A stretch of DNA of 64,000 bases. Source: Macrostomum hystrix. Taxonomy: Eukaryota; Animalia; Platyhelminthes. The translations under genes and the position numbers were made by a program. Location: NCBI GenBank assembly GCA_950097015.1, contig CATNEN010000005.1, positions 1,364,001 to 1,428,000 on the forward strand, written 5' to 3'. Positions 23,978 through 37,916 of the stretch are shown here, in pieces. The notes beneath the pieces were generated by a model. It was not told the DNA's origin and searched no databases. It worked only from the letters and a program-made list of their open reading frames with translations. Position 1 is the stretch's first letter. Each line of letters begins with the position of its first letter.

Positions 23978-26900
23978 CAGCTACCTCACAATCTACTAGA
24001 ATCTACCTCACAATCTACTAGAATCTACCTCACAATCTACTAGAGTCTACCTCACAATCTACAAGAATCTACCTCACAATCTACAAGAATCTACCTCACA
24101 ATCTACAAGAATCTACCTCACAATCTACAAGAATGTACCTCACAATCTACTAGAGTCTACTTCACTATCACTATCAACGTCGTTATCAGTGGCCGTTATT
24201 TTTTCAATTTATTTGAGCCTTTCCACTTTTATTTTCCAACAGTTAAGCTGAAAACTTAATTTAGTCAGATTTAAATCGAACGAACGGTCCCACCACCCCT
24301 GATCCGGTCTGCAACTGGGCAGTCACTGAGTCCAGTTAATGCCTGTCGTTTGGCGCATTACCTGAAGAAAGAAAATGAACAAAGCATTCAACGGAACACA
24401 ATCAATAGGCTAATCCATTTCTAAATCCTACTTGAAGATTCTGCAATGAACCTGATGGTTCTGTATTTTCGCGTCCCTGTATTGAAAAAAATAAAATTTT
24501 CCTTGTTTCAACAAACGCTGCATAGATTTAATATAGAATCGGTAAGTCAAAATTATTTATTTTAACTCTGGAAATCTATAGCTTATAGATTAGTAATGCT
24601 TAGCCTCTGAACACATTAATAATCCACTGGTAAATTGCTGTCATGCCTAATTCACTGTTAGCGAAAACGCAACTAAATTGCTCTATTTTTTTTCTTTTTT
24701 GTTTGAGCTTTTAGTAGCTAGAGATAAACGGAAATGGCCCACAACATACTTTGAGCTGGTACCCCCACTCACAGACTACAATAATCTACCTCACAATCTA
24801 CAAGAATCAACCTCACAATCTACAAGAATCTACCTCACAATCTACTAGAATCCACATCACAATCTACAAGAATCTACCTCACAATCTACTAGAATCTACC
24901 TCACAATCTACAATAATCTACCTCACAATCTACTAGAATCTACCTCACAATCTACAATAATCTACCTCACAATCTACAATAATCTACATCACAATCTACT
25001 AGAATCTACCTCATAATCTACTAGAATCTACCTCACAATCTACTAGAATCTACCTCACAATCTACTAGAATCTACCTCATAATCTACAAGAATCTACCTC
25101 ATAATCTACTAGAATCTACCTCACAATCTACTAGAATCTACCTCACAATCTACTAGAATCTACCTCATAATCTACAAGAATCTACCTCACAATCTACAAT
25201 AATCTACCTCACAATCTACAAGATTCTACCTCACAATTTACAAGAATCTACCTCACAATTTACAAGAATCTACCTCACAATCTACTAGATTCTACCTCAC
25301 AATCTACTAGAATCTACCTCACAATCTACAAGAATCTACCTCACAATTTACAAGAATCTACCTCACAATCTACTAGAATCTACCTCACAATTTACAAGAA
25401 TCTACCTCATAATCTACAAGAATCTACCTCACAATCTACAAGAATCTACCTCACAATCTACAAGAATCTACCTCATAATCTACAAGAATCTACCTCACAA
25501 TTTACAAGAATCTACCTCATAATCTACAAGAATCTACCTCACAATCTACAAGAATCTACCTCATAATCTACAAGAATCTACCTCAGAATCTACTAGAAGC
25601 TACCTCACAATCTACTAGAATCTACCTCACAATCTACTAGAATCCACATCACAATCTACAAGAATCTACCTCACAATCTACTAGAATCTACCTCACAATC
25701 TACAAGAATCTACCTCACAATCTACAAGAATCTACCTCATAATCTACAAGAATCTACCTCACAATTTACAAGAATCTACCTCATAATCTACAAGAATCTA
25801 CCTCACAATCTACAAGAATCTACCTCATAATCTACAAGAATCTACCTCAGAATCTACTAGAAGCTACCTCACAATCTACTAGAATCTACCTCACAATCTA
25901 CTAGAATCCACATCACAATCTACAAGAATCTACCTCACAATCTACTAGAATCTACCTCACAATCTACTAGAATCTACCTCACAATCTACAAGAATCAACC
26001 TCACAATCTACTAGAATCTACCTCACAATCTACTAGAATCTACCTCACAATCTACAATAATCTACCTCACAATCTACTAGAATCTACCTCACAATCTACA
26101 AGAATCAACCTCACAATCTACTAGAATCTACCTCACAATCTACTAGAAGCTACCTCACAATCTACTAGAATCTACCTCACAATCTACAATAATCTACCTC
26201 ATAATCTACAAGAATCTACCTCACAATTTACAAGAATCTACCTCATAATCTACAAGAATCTACCTCACAATCTACAAGAATCTACCTCACAATCTACAAG
26301 AATCTACCTCATAATCTACAAGAATCTACCTCACAATTTACAAGAATCTACCTAATAATCTACAAGAATCTACCTCACAATCTACAAGAATCTACCTCAC
26401 AATCTACAAGAATCTACATCACAATCTACTAGAATCTACCTCATAATCTACGAGAATCTACCTCACAATCTACAATAATCTACCTCACAATCTACAAGAA
26501 TCTACCTCATAATCTACAAGAATCTACCTCATAATCTACAAGAATCTACCTCACAATCTACAAGAATCTACCTCACAATCTACAAGAATCTACCTCATAA
26601 TCTACAAGAATCTACCTCACAATTTACAAGAATCTACCTAATAATCTACAAGAATCTACCTCACAATCTACAAGAATCTACCTCACAATCTACAAGAATC
26701 TACATCACAATCTACTAGAATCTACCTCATAATCTACGAGAATCTACCTCACAATCTACAATAATCTACCTCACAATTTACAAGAATCTACCTCATAATC
26801 TACAAGAATCTACCTCACAATCTACAAGAATCTACCTCACAATCTACAAGAATCTACATCACAATCTACTAGAATCTACCTCATAATCTACGAGAATCTA

Positions 26901-27215
26901 CCTCACAATCTACAATAATCTACCTCACAATCTACAAGAATCTACCTCACAATTTACAAGAATCTACCTCATAATCTACAAGAATCTACCTCACAATCTA
27001 CAAGAATCTACCTCACAATCTACAAGAATCTACCTCACAATTTACAAGAATCTACCTTATAATCTACAAGAATCTACCTCACAATTTACAAGAATCTACC
27101 TCACAATCTACAAGAATCTACCTCATAATCTACAACAATCTACCTCACAATCTACTAGAATCTACCTCACAATCTACTAGAATCTACCTCACAATCTACT
27201 AGAATCTACCTCACT
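23978..27215. repeat. 22-bp minisatellite (AATCTACCTCACAATCTACAAG) in two blocks, 23978-24160 and 24770-27215
   Basis: Tandem units separated by about 600 bp of unique sequence. Confidence 0.92.
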
Positions 27216-28839
27216 ACCTACTGACATCTACCGAAAATATGCAAGATCTTCAAATCATCCCCTATATATTGTCGATCAATAACAAAAAACGATATTTTAA
27301 ATATAATTTTTCTCGTAAAAAACTTGTCACAAATTGGAAAACCATGTTTAGAACGCTTTTTGCTGTAAAAAGCGAGTCCAGGCAAACATTTATTTTAATT
27401 AGTTTTTTTCACTTCAGGATAAAAATCAACAGCTCCGAAACGAGGGCGTCTCCTACCTGAAACAATGAGATGTTAATTTCCTCAATCTCCATTAGGAAAT
27501 AGGATTTCCCTTTCCCTTATACCGTCTACCCTCTCTCCCTTCTCAACTCTCTTTGCCTTATCTACACTCTCTCCTTTATCAGCTCTCTTTGTCTTCTCTA
27601 GCCTCTCTCCCTTATCTACTTTCTCTCCCTTATCTACTTTCTCTCCCTTATCTACTTTCTCTCCCTAATCTATCCTCTCTCCATCTTCTTCTTACTCTCT
27701 CCTATCTACCCTCTCTCCCTTCACAGCCTACCCAAGACTAAATAGGTGTCCTAGAAAGTCCCACAATCGTTAAATATCGATTGCTTAATTGCTTATAAAT
27801 CCACACAGAAAAATATGCATATTTTAAACCCGCTGAGATCCGTAGCCTTGATCCACTTTAAAGTGTGCTTAGCCAGTTATAAAATACCCTGGGAATTAAA
27901 CTGTGTCGCCAAATTGTAAAACTAGCTGATAATTTGCATGCCGACTTTTTTCAAAGTTGATGTCTCTAGGGGGTGAGGCGGAGATAAGCGGACACTTTGA
28001 CTTGCTAATAAATTAACGGCAGTTTCTTTTCTGCCCGCGGTTGTCTGAACTATCTTGAGTTGGCATAAGCTGCCAGCGAAAATTAATAGCAATGGAATGC
28101 CTCTGAGCTGGTCTTGGGTGGAAAAGAAATTTTGTAATCGTTGTTTTTTTTAAATCATCAATTTTTCCATAAATTGTCGATTTCTTAAATCGTTGATTTT
28201 CTTAAACCGTTGATTTTCAAAATATCGTTGATTTATTAAATAGTTGATTTACATAATCGCTGATTTCCTAAACAGTTGTTTTCCTTAATCGTTGATTTTC
28301 TTTGTCGTTAATTTCTTTATTCATTTATTTCCATTTAATGTTAATTAAACCGTTAAATATCAGCATCAACACAACTTATCTGATCGCGAACTTTTATCAG
28401 GCAGATTGTTTGCTAAAATTATAAATTGAAAAGCGATAAATACAGACAGCGATATTCCAACTGTTCTACTACTTCCAGGCCACAAGTAGTATTATTTGGT
28501 TACAAAAGTATTTTTTCAGCTGCAAATTTTCAGACCAGACGCAGAATGAGACAGTAAATTTTGTACGCATCGCTCAATTATTCCGTCATAGCTGCATAGC
28601 ACTTTAAGCCTCAAGTCCCTATAGTCTATGGCAAAATCCAAGATTAGTAGACTTAAAATGATTAAGCCTTAGGCAAGGCTTAATCTTGCGATTTCTTATA
28701 GCGGAAAGAATTTAGTTAATAAGTTCGATCCACTTTGACGAAACATCGACTAATAGGCAAGTTATTCGTGGTTAACGTCAGGGTTAGCGTCTTTTATTTC
28801 AATAAAATTGAGTTTTTCGATGAGCATAGTTGATTAACA

Positions 28840-31800
28840 ATGGAGTCGTCGACTTTTCAATCACCTGCCTCGGTAGGTCTTCAATCTCGTCAGAAGCAGC
28901 TAGAGCAGCAGCAGCAGCAGCAGCATAATTTTAAAAAGCAACAATTTAAATCTCTGTTGCTGGGTCGTCATGCTTCTGGGAAGAAACTTTTGCCACGTAC
29001 GCAATCGCTAAAGATACAAAGTCAGCAGCAGCAGGAGCAACAGCAGCAGCCTGCCAATGCTAACAAAGCTGTAGCTTTGTACTCAACAGTATCGGATGAA
29101 CAGTATCTGTCAAAGTTGTGAGTCTTTGTCGAATCCTACTGTAGTTACTAACCTACATTGTTCTACACAGATTTTTAAATACTTTTTAATATTTGCACTT
29201 TTCAGGCCTGCTCAGACTCAGGCGTCTAAACCGCCCTCACATGTTGGAGCTGAAGCCAAGAAATTAGGTCTTGGAATTGGAAAGTTCCAGCCATCACCAT
29301 TGACTCAAAAGGAGTGCCTCAGTTCTTCACTTGTCCAGGTTAGTTGCGTGAGTAATTATTTAATCTGAATATAATCAGAGTAGAATCAGAGTAGAATCAG
29401 AGTAGAAACTGAGTAGAATCAGAGTAGAATCAGAATAGAATCAGAAAAGAGTCAGAGTAGAATCAGAGTAGAATCAGAGTAGAATCAAAGTAGAATCAGA
29501 GTAGAATCAAAGTAGAATCACAGTAGAATCCGAATACAATCAGAGTAGAATCAGAGTAGAATTCGAATAGAATCAGAATAGAATCAGAATAGAATCCGAA
29601 TAGAATCCGAATAGAATTTGAATAGAATCAGAGTAGAATCAGAGTAGAATCAGAATAGAAACAGAATAGAATTCGAGTAGAATCCGAATAGAATCAGAAT
29701 AGAATTCGAGTAGAATCCGAATAGAATCAGAATAGAATCCGAATAGAATCAGAATATAATCAGAATAGAATTCGAGTAGAATCAGAATAGAATCAGAATA
29801 GAATTCGAGTAGAATCCGAATAGAATCAGAATAGAATCCAAATAGAATCAGAATAGAATTCGAGTAGAATCCGAAAAGAATCAGAATAGAATCCGAATAG
29901 AATCAGAATAGAATTCGAATAGAATCAGAATAGAATTCGAGTAGAATCCGAATAGAATCAGAATAGAATTCGAGTAGAATCCGAATAGAATCAGAGTAGA
30001 ATCAGAGTAGAATCAGAGTAGAATCAGAGTAGAATCCGAATAGAATCAGAATAGAATCAGAATAGAATTCGAATAGAATCAGAATAGAATTCGAGTAGAA
30101 TCCGAATAGAATCAGAATAGAATTCGAGTAGAATCCGAATAGAATCAGAATAGAATCCGAATAGAATCAGAATAGAATTCGAGTAGAATCCGAAAAGAAT
30201 CAGAATAGAATCCGAATAGAATCAGAATAGAATCCGAATAGAATCAGAATAGAATTCGAGTAGAATCAGAATAGAATCAGAATAGAATCAGAATAGAATT
30301 CGAATAGAATCAGAATAGAATTCGAGTAGAATCCGAAAAGAATCAGAATAGAATCCGAATAGAATCAGAATAGAATTAAAATAGAATCAGAATAGAATTC
30401 GAGTAGAATCCGAATAGAATCAGAATACAATTCGAGTAGAATCCGAATAGAATCAGAGTAGAATCAGAGTAGAATCAGAGTAGAATCAGAGTAGAATCAG
30501 AGTAGAATCAGAGTAGAATCAGAGTAGAATCCGAATAGAATCAGAATAGAATCAGAATAGAATTCGAATAGAATCAGAATAGAATTCGAGTAGAATCCGA
30601 ATAGAATCAGAATAGAATTCGAGTAGAATCCGAATAGAATCAGAATAGAATCCGAATAGAATCAGAATAGAATTCGAGTAGAATCCGAAAAGAATCAGAA
30701 TAGAATCCGAATAGAATCAGAATAGAATCCGAATAGAATCAGAATAGAATTCGAGTAGAATCAGAATAGAATCAGAATAGAATCAGAATAGAATTCGAAT
30801 AGAATCAGAATAGAATTCGAGTAGAATCCGAATAGAATCAGAATAGAATCAGAATAGAATTCGAGTAGAATCAGAATAGAATCAGAATAGAATCAGAATA
30901 GAATTCGAATAGAATCAGAATAGAATTCGAGTAGAATCCGAATAGAATCAGAATAGAATTCGAGTAGAATCCGAAAAGAATCATAATAGAATCAGAATAG
31001 AATCAGAATAGAATTCGAATAGAATCAGAATAGAATTCGAGTAGAATCCGAATAGAATCAGAATAGAATTCGAGTAGAATCCGAATAGAATCAGAATAGA
31101 ATCCGAATAGAATCAGAATAGAATTCGAGTAGAAACCGAAAAGAATCAGAATAGAATCCGAATAGAATCAGAATAGAATTCGAGTAGAATCCGAAAAGAA
31201 TCAGAATAGAATTCGAGTAGAATCCGAATAGAATCAGAATAGAATCCGAATAGAATCAGAATAGAATTCGAGTAGAATCCGAATAGAATCAGAATAGAAT
31301 TAGAATAGAATCAGAGTAGAATCAGAATAGAATCCGAATAGAATCAGAATAGAATTCGAGTAGAATTCGAATAGAATCAGAATAGAATCAGAATAGAATC
31401 AGAATAGAATCCGAGTAGAATCAGAATAGAATTTGAATAGAATCAGAATAGAATCCGAATAGAATCAGAATAGAATTTGAATAGAATCAGAATAGAATCA
31501 GAATAGAATCAAAATAGAATCCGAGTAGAATCAGAATAGAATTTGAATAGAATCAGAGTAGAATCAAAGTAGAATCAGAGTAGAATTCGAATAGAATCAG
31601 AATAGAATCGGAGTAGAATCAGAATATACTTAAATATTTTTAAAACTATTTTTTGTTCTTTGTTGATTAACACCGCAGCAAAAAAAGCTAGAGCAGCAGC
31701 ATCAGCAGAAGACATCAGCACTTTTCTGGCACGAAATGGGCCATCCCTCGCCTAGCAACGCTCCGAAGGACGACTTAAGGCAGTCGCGGTCCAGTGACCA

Positions 31801-32642
31801 AAGTCAGTTGGTGGAGCAGCAACAGCAGGACCAGCAGATTCTAGTTCTGTCACCGGAGCAGCAGCAGCTGGTCGCTGCAGAGATCAGTCGGATTCAACGC
31901 GTTCTAAGTGTTGTTCAGAAGCGGGGCCTGCAGCATCATGCGGCAATGTCCGCTGAGCAGATGGCCACACTAACAGAGGAACTCGGTCGCATGAACCCGG
32001 CATTCTTGACGTCTGAGGACTTTGAGCTGCTGTCCAATGTCAGAAGACTGGTAGCTTGCATGGGTAGCAAGTTAACTTATCAGATGAAAATTAAGCAGCA
32101 GCAGCAGCAGCAGCAACAACAACAGCAACAACAACTACAATCACTGCAAAAGCAACAGCACCAGCCCGCTGTTATTATTAGGTTGGACCCTGAGTTGTTG
32201 TATTCAGTAAAAATAGCTTCGGTCTTAAAAAGTTTGATGTATGATTGGTTGGTACTTTAATGGTTGATATTTTGATGGATGACATATTGATTGATTGATG
32301 GATGACTGGTTGATTGATTAACAAATGACATGCTGACCATCGTCACACAAAAATTGCAGTCCCAACGCGGCTCAGCAGTCGCAGTCAGCATCATTAGCCG
32401 CCGAGGAGCATCGGCGCCAAGTCAATAATCAGATTAAGGACGTCATCGAGGGCCTTCGCCAAGTAAACTCACTTGGACTGCACTCGGCGCTCGCTTCAAG
32501 TAAAGAGAGCATCAGCGCACTCATGCGGGACCTGCAGACTGTGAATGCCGACAATGTTACCGAAGTTGAACACTTTATTATTCGAAAATTAGGCGAGAAG
32601 ATCAGAGAGGTTTGGCAGCAGCAACAGCAGCAGCAGCAGCAA

Positions 32643-32682
<40 letters not shown>

Positions 32683-35600
32683 GGCAGCAGCAGCAGCAGC
32701 AGCAACAACATCTCGGTGAGTTCGCGCAATCAATCAGTTCATACTGATCTCAAAGCATTGATCAATCAATTCATTACTGATCTCAAAGCATTGATCAATC
32801 AGTTCATTACTGATCTCAAAGCATTGATCAATCAGTTCATTACTGATCTCAAAGCATTGATCAATCAGTTCATTACTGATCTCAAAACATCGATCATACA
32901 TTTCTTGAATTCATGGAGATTTGGTCGAGTAGTTAGGGCTTAGGTAGAGACTCGGTGGCTTTGGCAGCCTTCCAAGTCAGTCCACGGACTTAATAGCTGT
33001 ACACAGCCTTTGGAAGCGCCTGTACATCTGTACATCTGGCCCAACTGGGCCAGTGACTCCTAGAGTGACTCCAAAACAATGCCCCGTCGCCTGGTTTTAG
33101 GCGAGATCGATAACTCTGGTCCACGTCAGTCTCGTCGCCAGTGTAAAGACGCGTCGCCACGTTTTTCTGAGTCCAGCCAGCAGGCGTCTCTCCAGAGAAG
33201 AACACCTGTTCTGAAGGAATCGAAGCCACCTTTGGCGACACCCACCGATTTGAAATCGGTCACTTGGAATGCTAGGGTTGACAAACTGGGCGGCGTTGTC
33301 AGCAACCATGCCGCTGGAAATGTAGATCGTGAGACTCGACCCAGGAAACGTGAGTTACAACAGATCATGAGCGAGCTTATGTGTGAGGTCATGTGAGTTC
33401 ATGAGCGAGTTCATGAGTCAGTTCATGATTGAGTTCATGTGAGCTCATGAGCGAGTTTTTGTGTGAGTCCATAAGTGATTTTATGAATGTTATGAGTGAG
33501 TCCATGAGTGTGTTTGTAAATAAATGTGTTCATTTGTAAGTTGATAAATTGCAAGTGTAGATTGTCAAAATTAGCGTGGTAATATTTTTAATGAATTTAT
33601 TTGTGAGGACTTCACAAAAATTTAAACCAGATATCTCGTGTTTTTTTCAGTCGGCAGTTGTTGATAATTTGACTCGGCAGAAATTTTCATTGTGTCTCCC
33701 CAAGGGGGTGCATCGGTGCAGAGCTTGTGAAATTCGAACCAGTTAAAAGTTCTGCTATGTGAAACAGGCTCGAAAAAGTTCGAAGTTGTTGCTGCTTGAT
33801 CGGGCCGGAAAAAACTGAATTATCAAAATTTGCATTTACGACGAGCTCCGATCCAAGCTTAGAATTCACAGATGAAATGAACTCTGGGAAACTTTCTTTC
33901 AAACATTGCCATTCTAAGTTCCAAAATACTGGATCCGCCCCTCTCCCCAACTGAATCCGCCCCTCTCCCCAACTGAATCCGCCCCTCTCCCCAACTGAAT
34001 CCGCCCCTCTCCCCAACTGAATCCGCCCCTCTCCCCAACTGAATCCGCCCCTCTCTCCAACTGAATCCGCCCCTCTCCCCAACTGAATCCGCCCCTCTCC
34101 CCAACTGAATCCGCCCCTCTCCCCAACTGAATCCGCCCCTCTCCCCAACTGAATCCGCCCCTCTCCCCAACTGAATCCGCCCCTCTCCCCAACTGAATCC
34201 GCCCCTCTCCCCAACTGAATCCGCCCCTCTCCCCAACTGAATCCGCCCCTCTCCCCAACTGAATCCGCCCCTCTCTCGAACTGAATCCGCCCCTCTTACC
34301 AACTGAATCCGCCCCTCTCTCCAACTGAATCCGCCCCTCTTACCAACTGAATCCGCTCCTTTCCCAAACTTTCCCCTATAATCCGCCTCTCCAACAATAT
34401 ATCCGCCCCTTCACTAACTGAATCCGCTCCTTTCCCCAGGAGTCTGCCCCTCTCCCAAAGCGTATCACAGTGATCTAGCCAGCTTTTCCCATTCACACCA
34501 GACTCGGTGATTCGCGGCCTATTTAAGCGATTCGGAAGTGCTGGTGGCGCCGGTAGCAGCGGTCCGAGGTCTCAAAGCACAGCACGGCGGATGCTCAACT
34601 TAATTTTCGGCGGAGGCGGCGGCGCTCCAGGCAGCAAGCGCGGCCCAGACGGCCAGTCAAGTCGTCGACGCGGCAGCAGGAGCGGCAGCAAAAGTCGACG
34701 TCATCACCGGTGTCGTCGTAGGAGCGTCAGCGGCAGCTGTGACAGCAGCAGCGACAATCAAGAAGCCCAGATGGATGACGATGATAGCTGTCGCCGTAGC
34801 CGACATAGCTGCCGACGGCGTATTCGTCGAAGGTGTCGCCGACATCAGCGGCGTCGTCGTCGAAGTAAAAGTCGCGAAGGTGACGTCGTTTTCGACGCCA
34901 AAGGCAGTCGTCGTCGACGAGTTTCGAGCGTTAAAAAGCGCTTTGCCGCGGGAGCTGACGGTCGCAGTAGCAGTCCTTCAAGCACTTCATCATCCAGATC
35001 ATCCTCGAGTTGCTCCAGTGACGATAGCCGTTCAGCAAATTCGTCTTCTTCGTCGTTTTCAATATCTTTGGCCGACTTTAAGCCGATGTCGCTGATGGAG
35101 CTGCGAGAAACCCTTCTGCGGCTCACTAATTATTACGAACTGCGCCAATGGCGGGCAAGCGCTGGTGCCGGCGCTGTTGTCGACAACGACAATGACTTCG
35201 CGAGTCAAGACAGCCGCTTGGCTGCTGCGATGGATCGGATTTATGGCCTGGAATCGTCGCCAGCTACCGCCACAGCTGCTACTAATTTCGCAAATTCAAC
35301 AAAGCTATCTTCGTTTTACAGTGAGTTGACAAAGATATTGTTTTCAACTTGTTTTGCATGCGTTATTATAAAAAATGTGAAATCACGATTCTATTTTAGA
35401 AAATTCATCAAACGCCGACAGTACATTGAATACCGATGGTAAGTCTTCTAAGTGCTGAAACCTTTGATGTTTTGCTGCCACCGCCAAACCCTTTGATGTT
35501 TGTGCCCCGCCGCTGCTGAAACATTTAATGTTGTTCCGCTACAGCCATACCCTTTGATGTTGTGCTGCCACCACCGAACCCTTTGATGTTGTGCTGCCAC

Positions 35601-35836
35601 CACCGAACCCTTTGATGTTATGCTGCCACCACCGAACCCTTTGACGTTGTGCTGCCACCACCGAACCCTTTGATGTTGTGCTGCCACCACCGAACCCTTT
35701 GATGTTGTGCTGCCACCGCCATACCCTTTGATGTTGTCGTTGTCGCTGGGGTTCATGCTAATGTCACGTACTATTTTTAACCCTTTCACTTTTAAAAAGA
35801 CGGCGAATTTGTACCTAATTCACAAGAGCAGCAGCA

Positions 35837-35901
<65 letters not shown>

Positions 35902-35984
35902 TTCCCAGCCATCTCATGATGCGCATCTTTGACCAGCTGGGCTTGAAGGAGTTTATGTCGCACAGCAACACGGAAGCTCAATGA
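28840..35984 (+). CDS. Uncharacterised polyQ and Arg/Ser-rich protein; about 853 aa in 8 exons
   Basis: Exons 28840-29117, 29206-29338, 31679-32181, 32360-32715, 33101-33349, 34502-35320, 35400-35438 and 35800-35984. All GT-AG with matching phases, 2562 nt in total. No recognisable domain. Confidence 0.65.
29365..31627. repeat. 11-bp minisatellite (AATCAGARTAG and variants)
   Basis: Fills intron 2 of the orphan gene. Confidence 0.93.
32727..32890. repeat. 33-bp minisatellite
   Basis: CTGATCTCAAAGCATTGATCAATCAGTTCATTA, about 4.5 units. Confidence 0.85.
33930..34450. repeat. 22-bp C-rich minisatellite (ACTGAATCCGCCCCTCTCCCCA)
   Basis: Tandem units in intron 5 of the orphan gene. Confidence 0.92.
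35455..35740. repeat. 29-bp minisatellite (CTTTGATGTTGTGCTGCCACCACCGAACC)
   Basis: Tandem units in the last intron of the orphan gene. Confidence 0.88.
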
Positions 35985-36344
35985 ATTTCAAAAGAAAACA
36001 AATTTTGTATTGACTGTGTATTGTGCATCAGCTTTGCCTGTTAGCATCAACTCTTGTCTTTAAACATTTAGTAGTGAGGCCTTAAGGGCAGTTTAGTTTT
36101 TAAACCAATTATTTCATTTCAAGACTCTTAAGATACAACTTGATTTAAACTTTATATTTTTTGTTCTTATGCTTGTAGATTGGTATTATTTCTTATGTAA
36201 ACGAATAGGCCCCCTTAAAAAGGTTACCTTAAAACAAGTAGTACAAAAAATGTCCTATTTCTTATTGGACACGTTACTGGCGATTCACACGGTCTAGCTT
36301 CTTTAGAGATGCTGTTTTAAATAAGTTTTTAAAACATGGAAACA

Positions 36345-36830
36345 AAAGAGAGAGATAAGACAAATTAGAGATATGAGAGAGACGAGACAGATGAGAGCGA
36401 TGAGAGAGAGATAGAGAGAGACGAGAGAGATGAGAGAGATATGAGGGAGATAAGAGAGATGAGAGAAGAGATGAGAGAAATGGGAGCGATGAGAGAAATG
36501 AGAGATATGAGAGAGATGAGGGGTGATGAGAGCGATGAGAGAGATATGAGCGAGATGAGAGAAAAGAGATGAGGGAGATGAGAGGGGGAGATAAGAGCGA
36601 TGAGAGAGAGAGAAAGATCTGAGGGAGATAAGAGGGAGAGATAAGAGCGATGAGAGAGAGAGATCTGAGGGAGATGAGAGGGAGAGATAAGAGCGATGAG
36701 ATAGAGATCTGAGGGAGATGAGAGGGAGAGATAAGAGCGATGAGATAGAGATCTGAGGGAGATGAGAGGGAGAGATAAGAGCGATGAGATTGAGATCTGA
36801 GGGAGATGAGATGGAGAGATATGAAACTGA
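36345..36830. repeat. Degenerate GA-rich tandem repeat
   Basis: GAGATGAGAGGGAGAGATAAGAGCGAT-like units. Confidence 0.8.
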
Positions 36831-37468
36831 TATGATTGCATTTTCGAAAAATCCTGCATAGAAATTGCTCATTTCTTATTTGTCACAATTAAGCACCAGT
36901 GAACAAAAATTTACAATTCATATAGGTTTTAAATTAGACAAATATCTAACTAGTAAGCGCTGCCTTTTGTACAGGTAATTTTTTCTCCCTTCTTACATAG
37001 AATTCTACCAATACACTGCATAACTCTACAGCTGTTTCTCTCTCTTTATTTCCTCCGCTCTCTCAAAGTCTGCAATGCTGTTGACAGTTGCTGAATAATT
37101 TAGGGGGCTGCTGAGTTAGGAAAAAAGAGGAAAAAAAGAATGAGAGGGAGAGAGACAGGTGAACCAGAAGCAGCTGGAGCAAGCAAAGCAACAAAATAAA
37201 GCACTTGTCTCCTCCCATTCTCTTTATCTTCTCTCCGCTAATCTGTTTTCTGTCCATAAAGTCTACCTATTTTAGTTATTATGTCAAGACTTTTTGCTTG
37301 ATCCAAGTAGTATTTTCGGATTCAGTTAACTGAACTGGTTAGAAAAAGCTCAATATTGTCTTGCAATGAATTCGCATGAATATGGATGGGCAAAGGCCTC
37401 AAACAAATATTTAAACGATTAAAATAGAAAGGCGGCTAGAAAAAGTCTATCGATTCATGACGAGTCAT

Positions 37469-37916
37469 GACAAACTTATAAAACTTGGGTTTTATCTGTC
37501 GAGAGAAAACCGTAAAGAGAGATAAGGATAGAAAAGAAACTGACCCTTAGGGAATGGGGTGGGCGTCAAAAAAGGCAGGGGACAAACTTATAAAACTTGG
37601 GTTTTATCTGTCGAGAGAAAACCGTAAAGAGAGATAAGGATAGAAAAGAAACTGACCCTTAGGGAATGGGGTGGGCGTCAAAAAAGGCAGGGGACAAACT
37701 TATAAAACTTGGGTTTTATCTGTCGAGAGAAAACCGTAAAGAGAGATAAGGATAGAAAAGAAACTGACCCTTAGGGAATGGGGTGGGCGTCAAAAAAGGC
37801 AGGGGACAAACTTATAAAACTTGGGTTTTATCTGTCGAGAGAAAACCGTAAAGAGAGATAAGGATAGAAAAGAAACTGACCCTTAGGGAATGGGGTGGGC
37901 GTCAAAAAGGGCAGGG
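37469..37916. repeat. 4 x 112-bp tandem duplication
   Basis: Units start at 37469, 37581, 37693 and 37805 and are essentially identical. Confidence 0.93.

Noticed and set aside
33085-33115. Apparent cyclin-B-type D-box RLVLGEIDN in ORF 33079-33396
   Set aside because: The only phase-compatible acceptor in this frame is TTTTAG|GC at 33100/33101, so RLVL is intronic and the spliced protein reads QQHLGEIDN.
33651-33930. Extra exon or antisense gene in intron 5 of the orphan gene
   Set aside because: No phase-compatible open exon on the plus strand. The minus-strand ORF is largely repeat-derived and has no recognisable homology.
37535-37890. TTAGGG in each 112-bp unit as a telomeric relic
   Set aside because: A single hexamer per unit, not tandem, and expected by chance.
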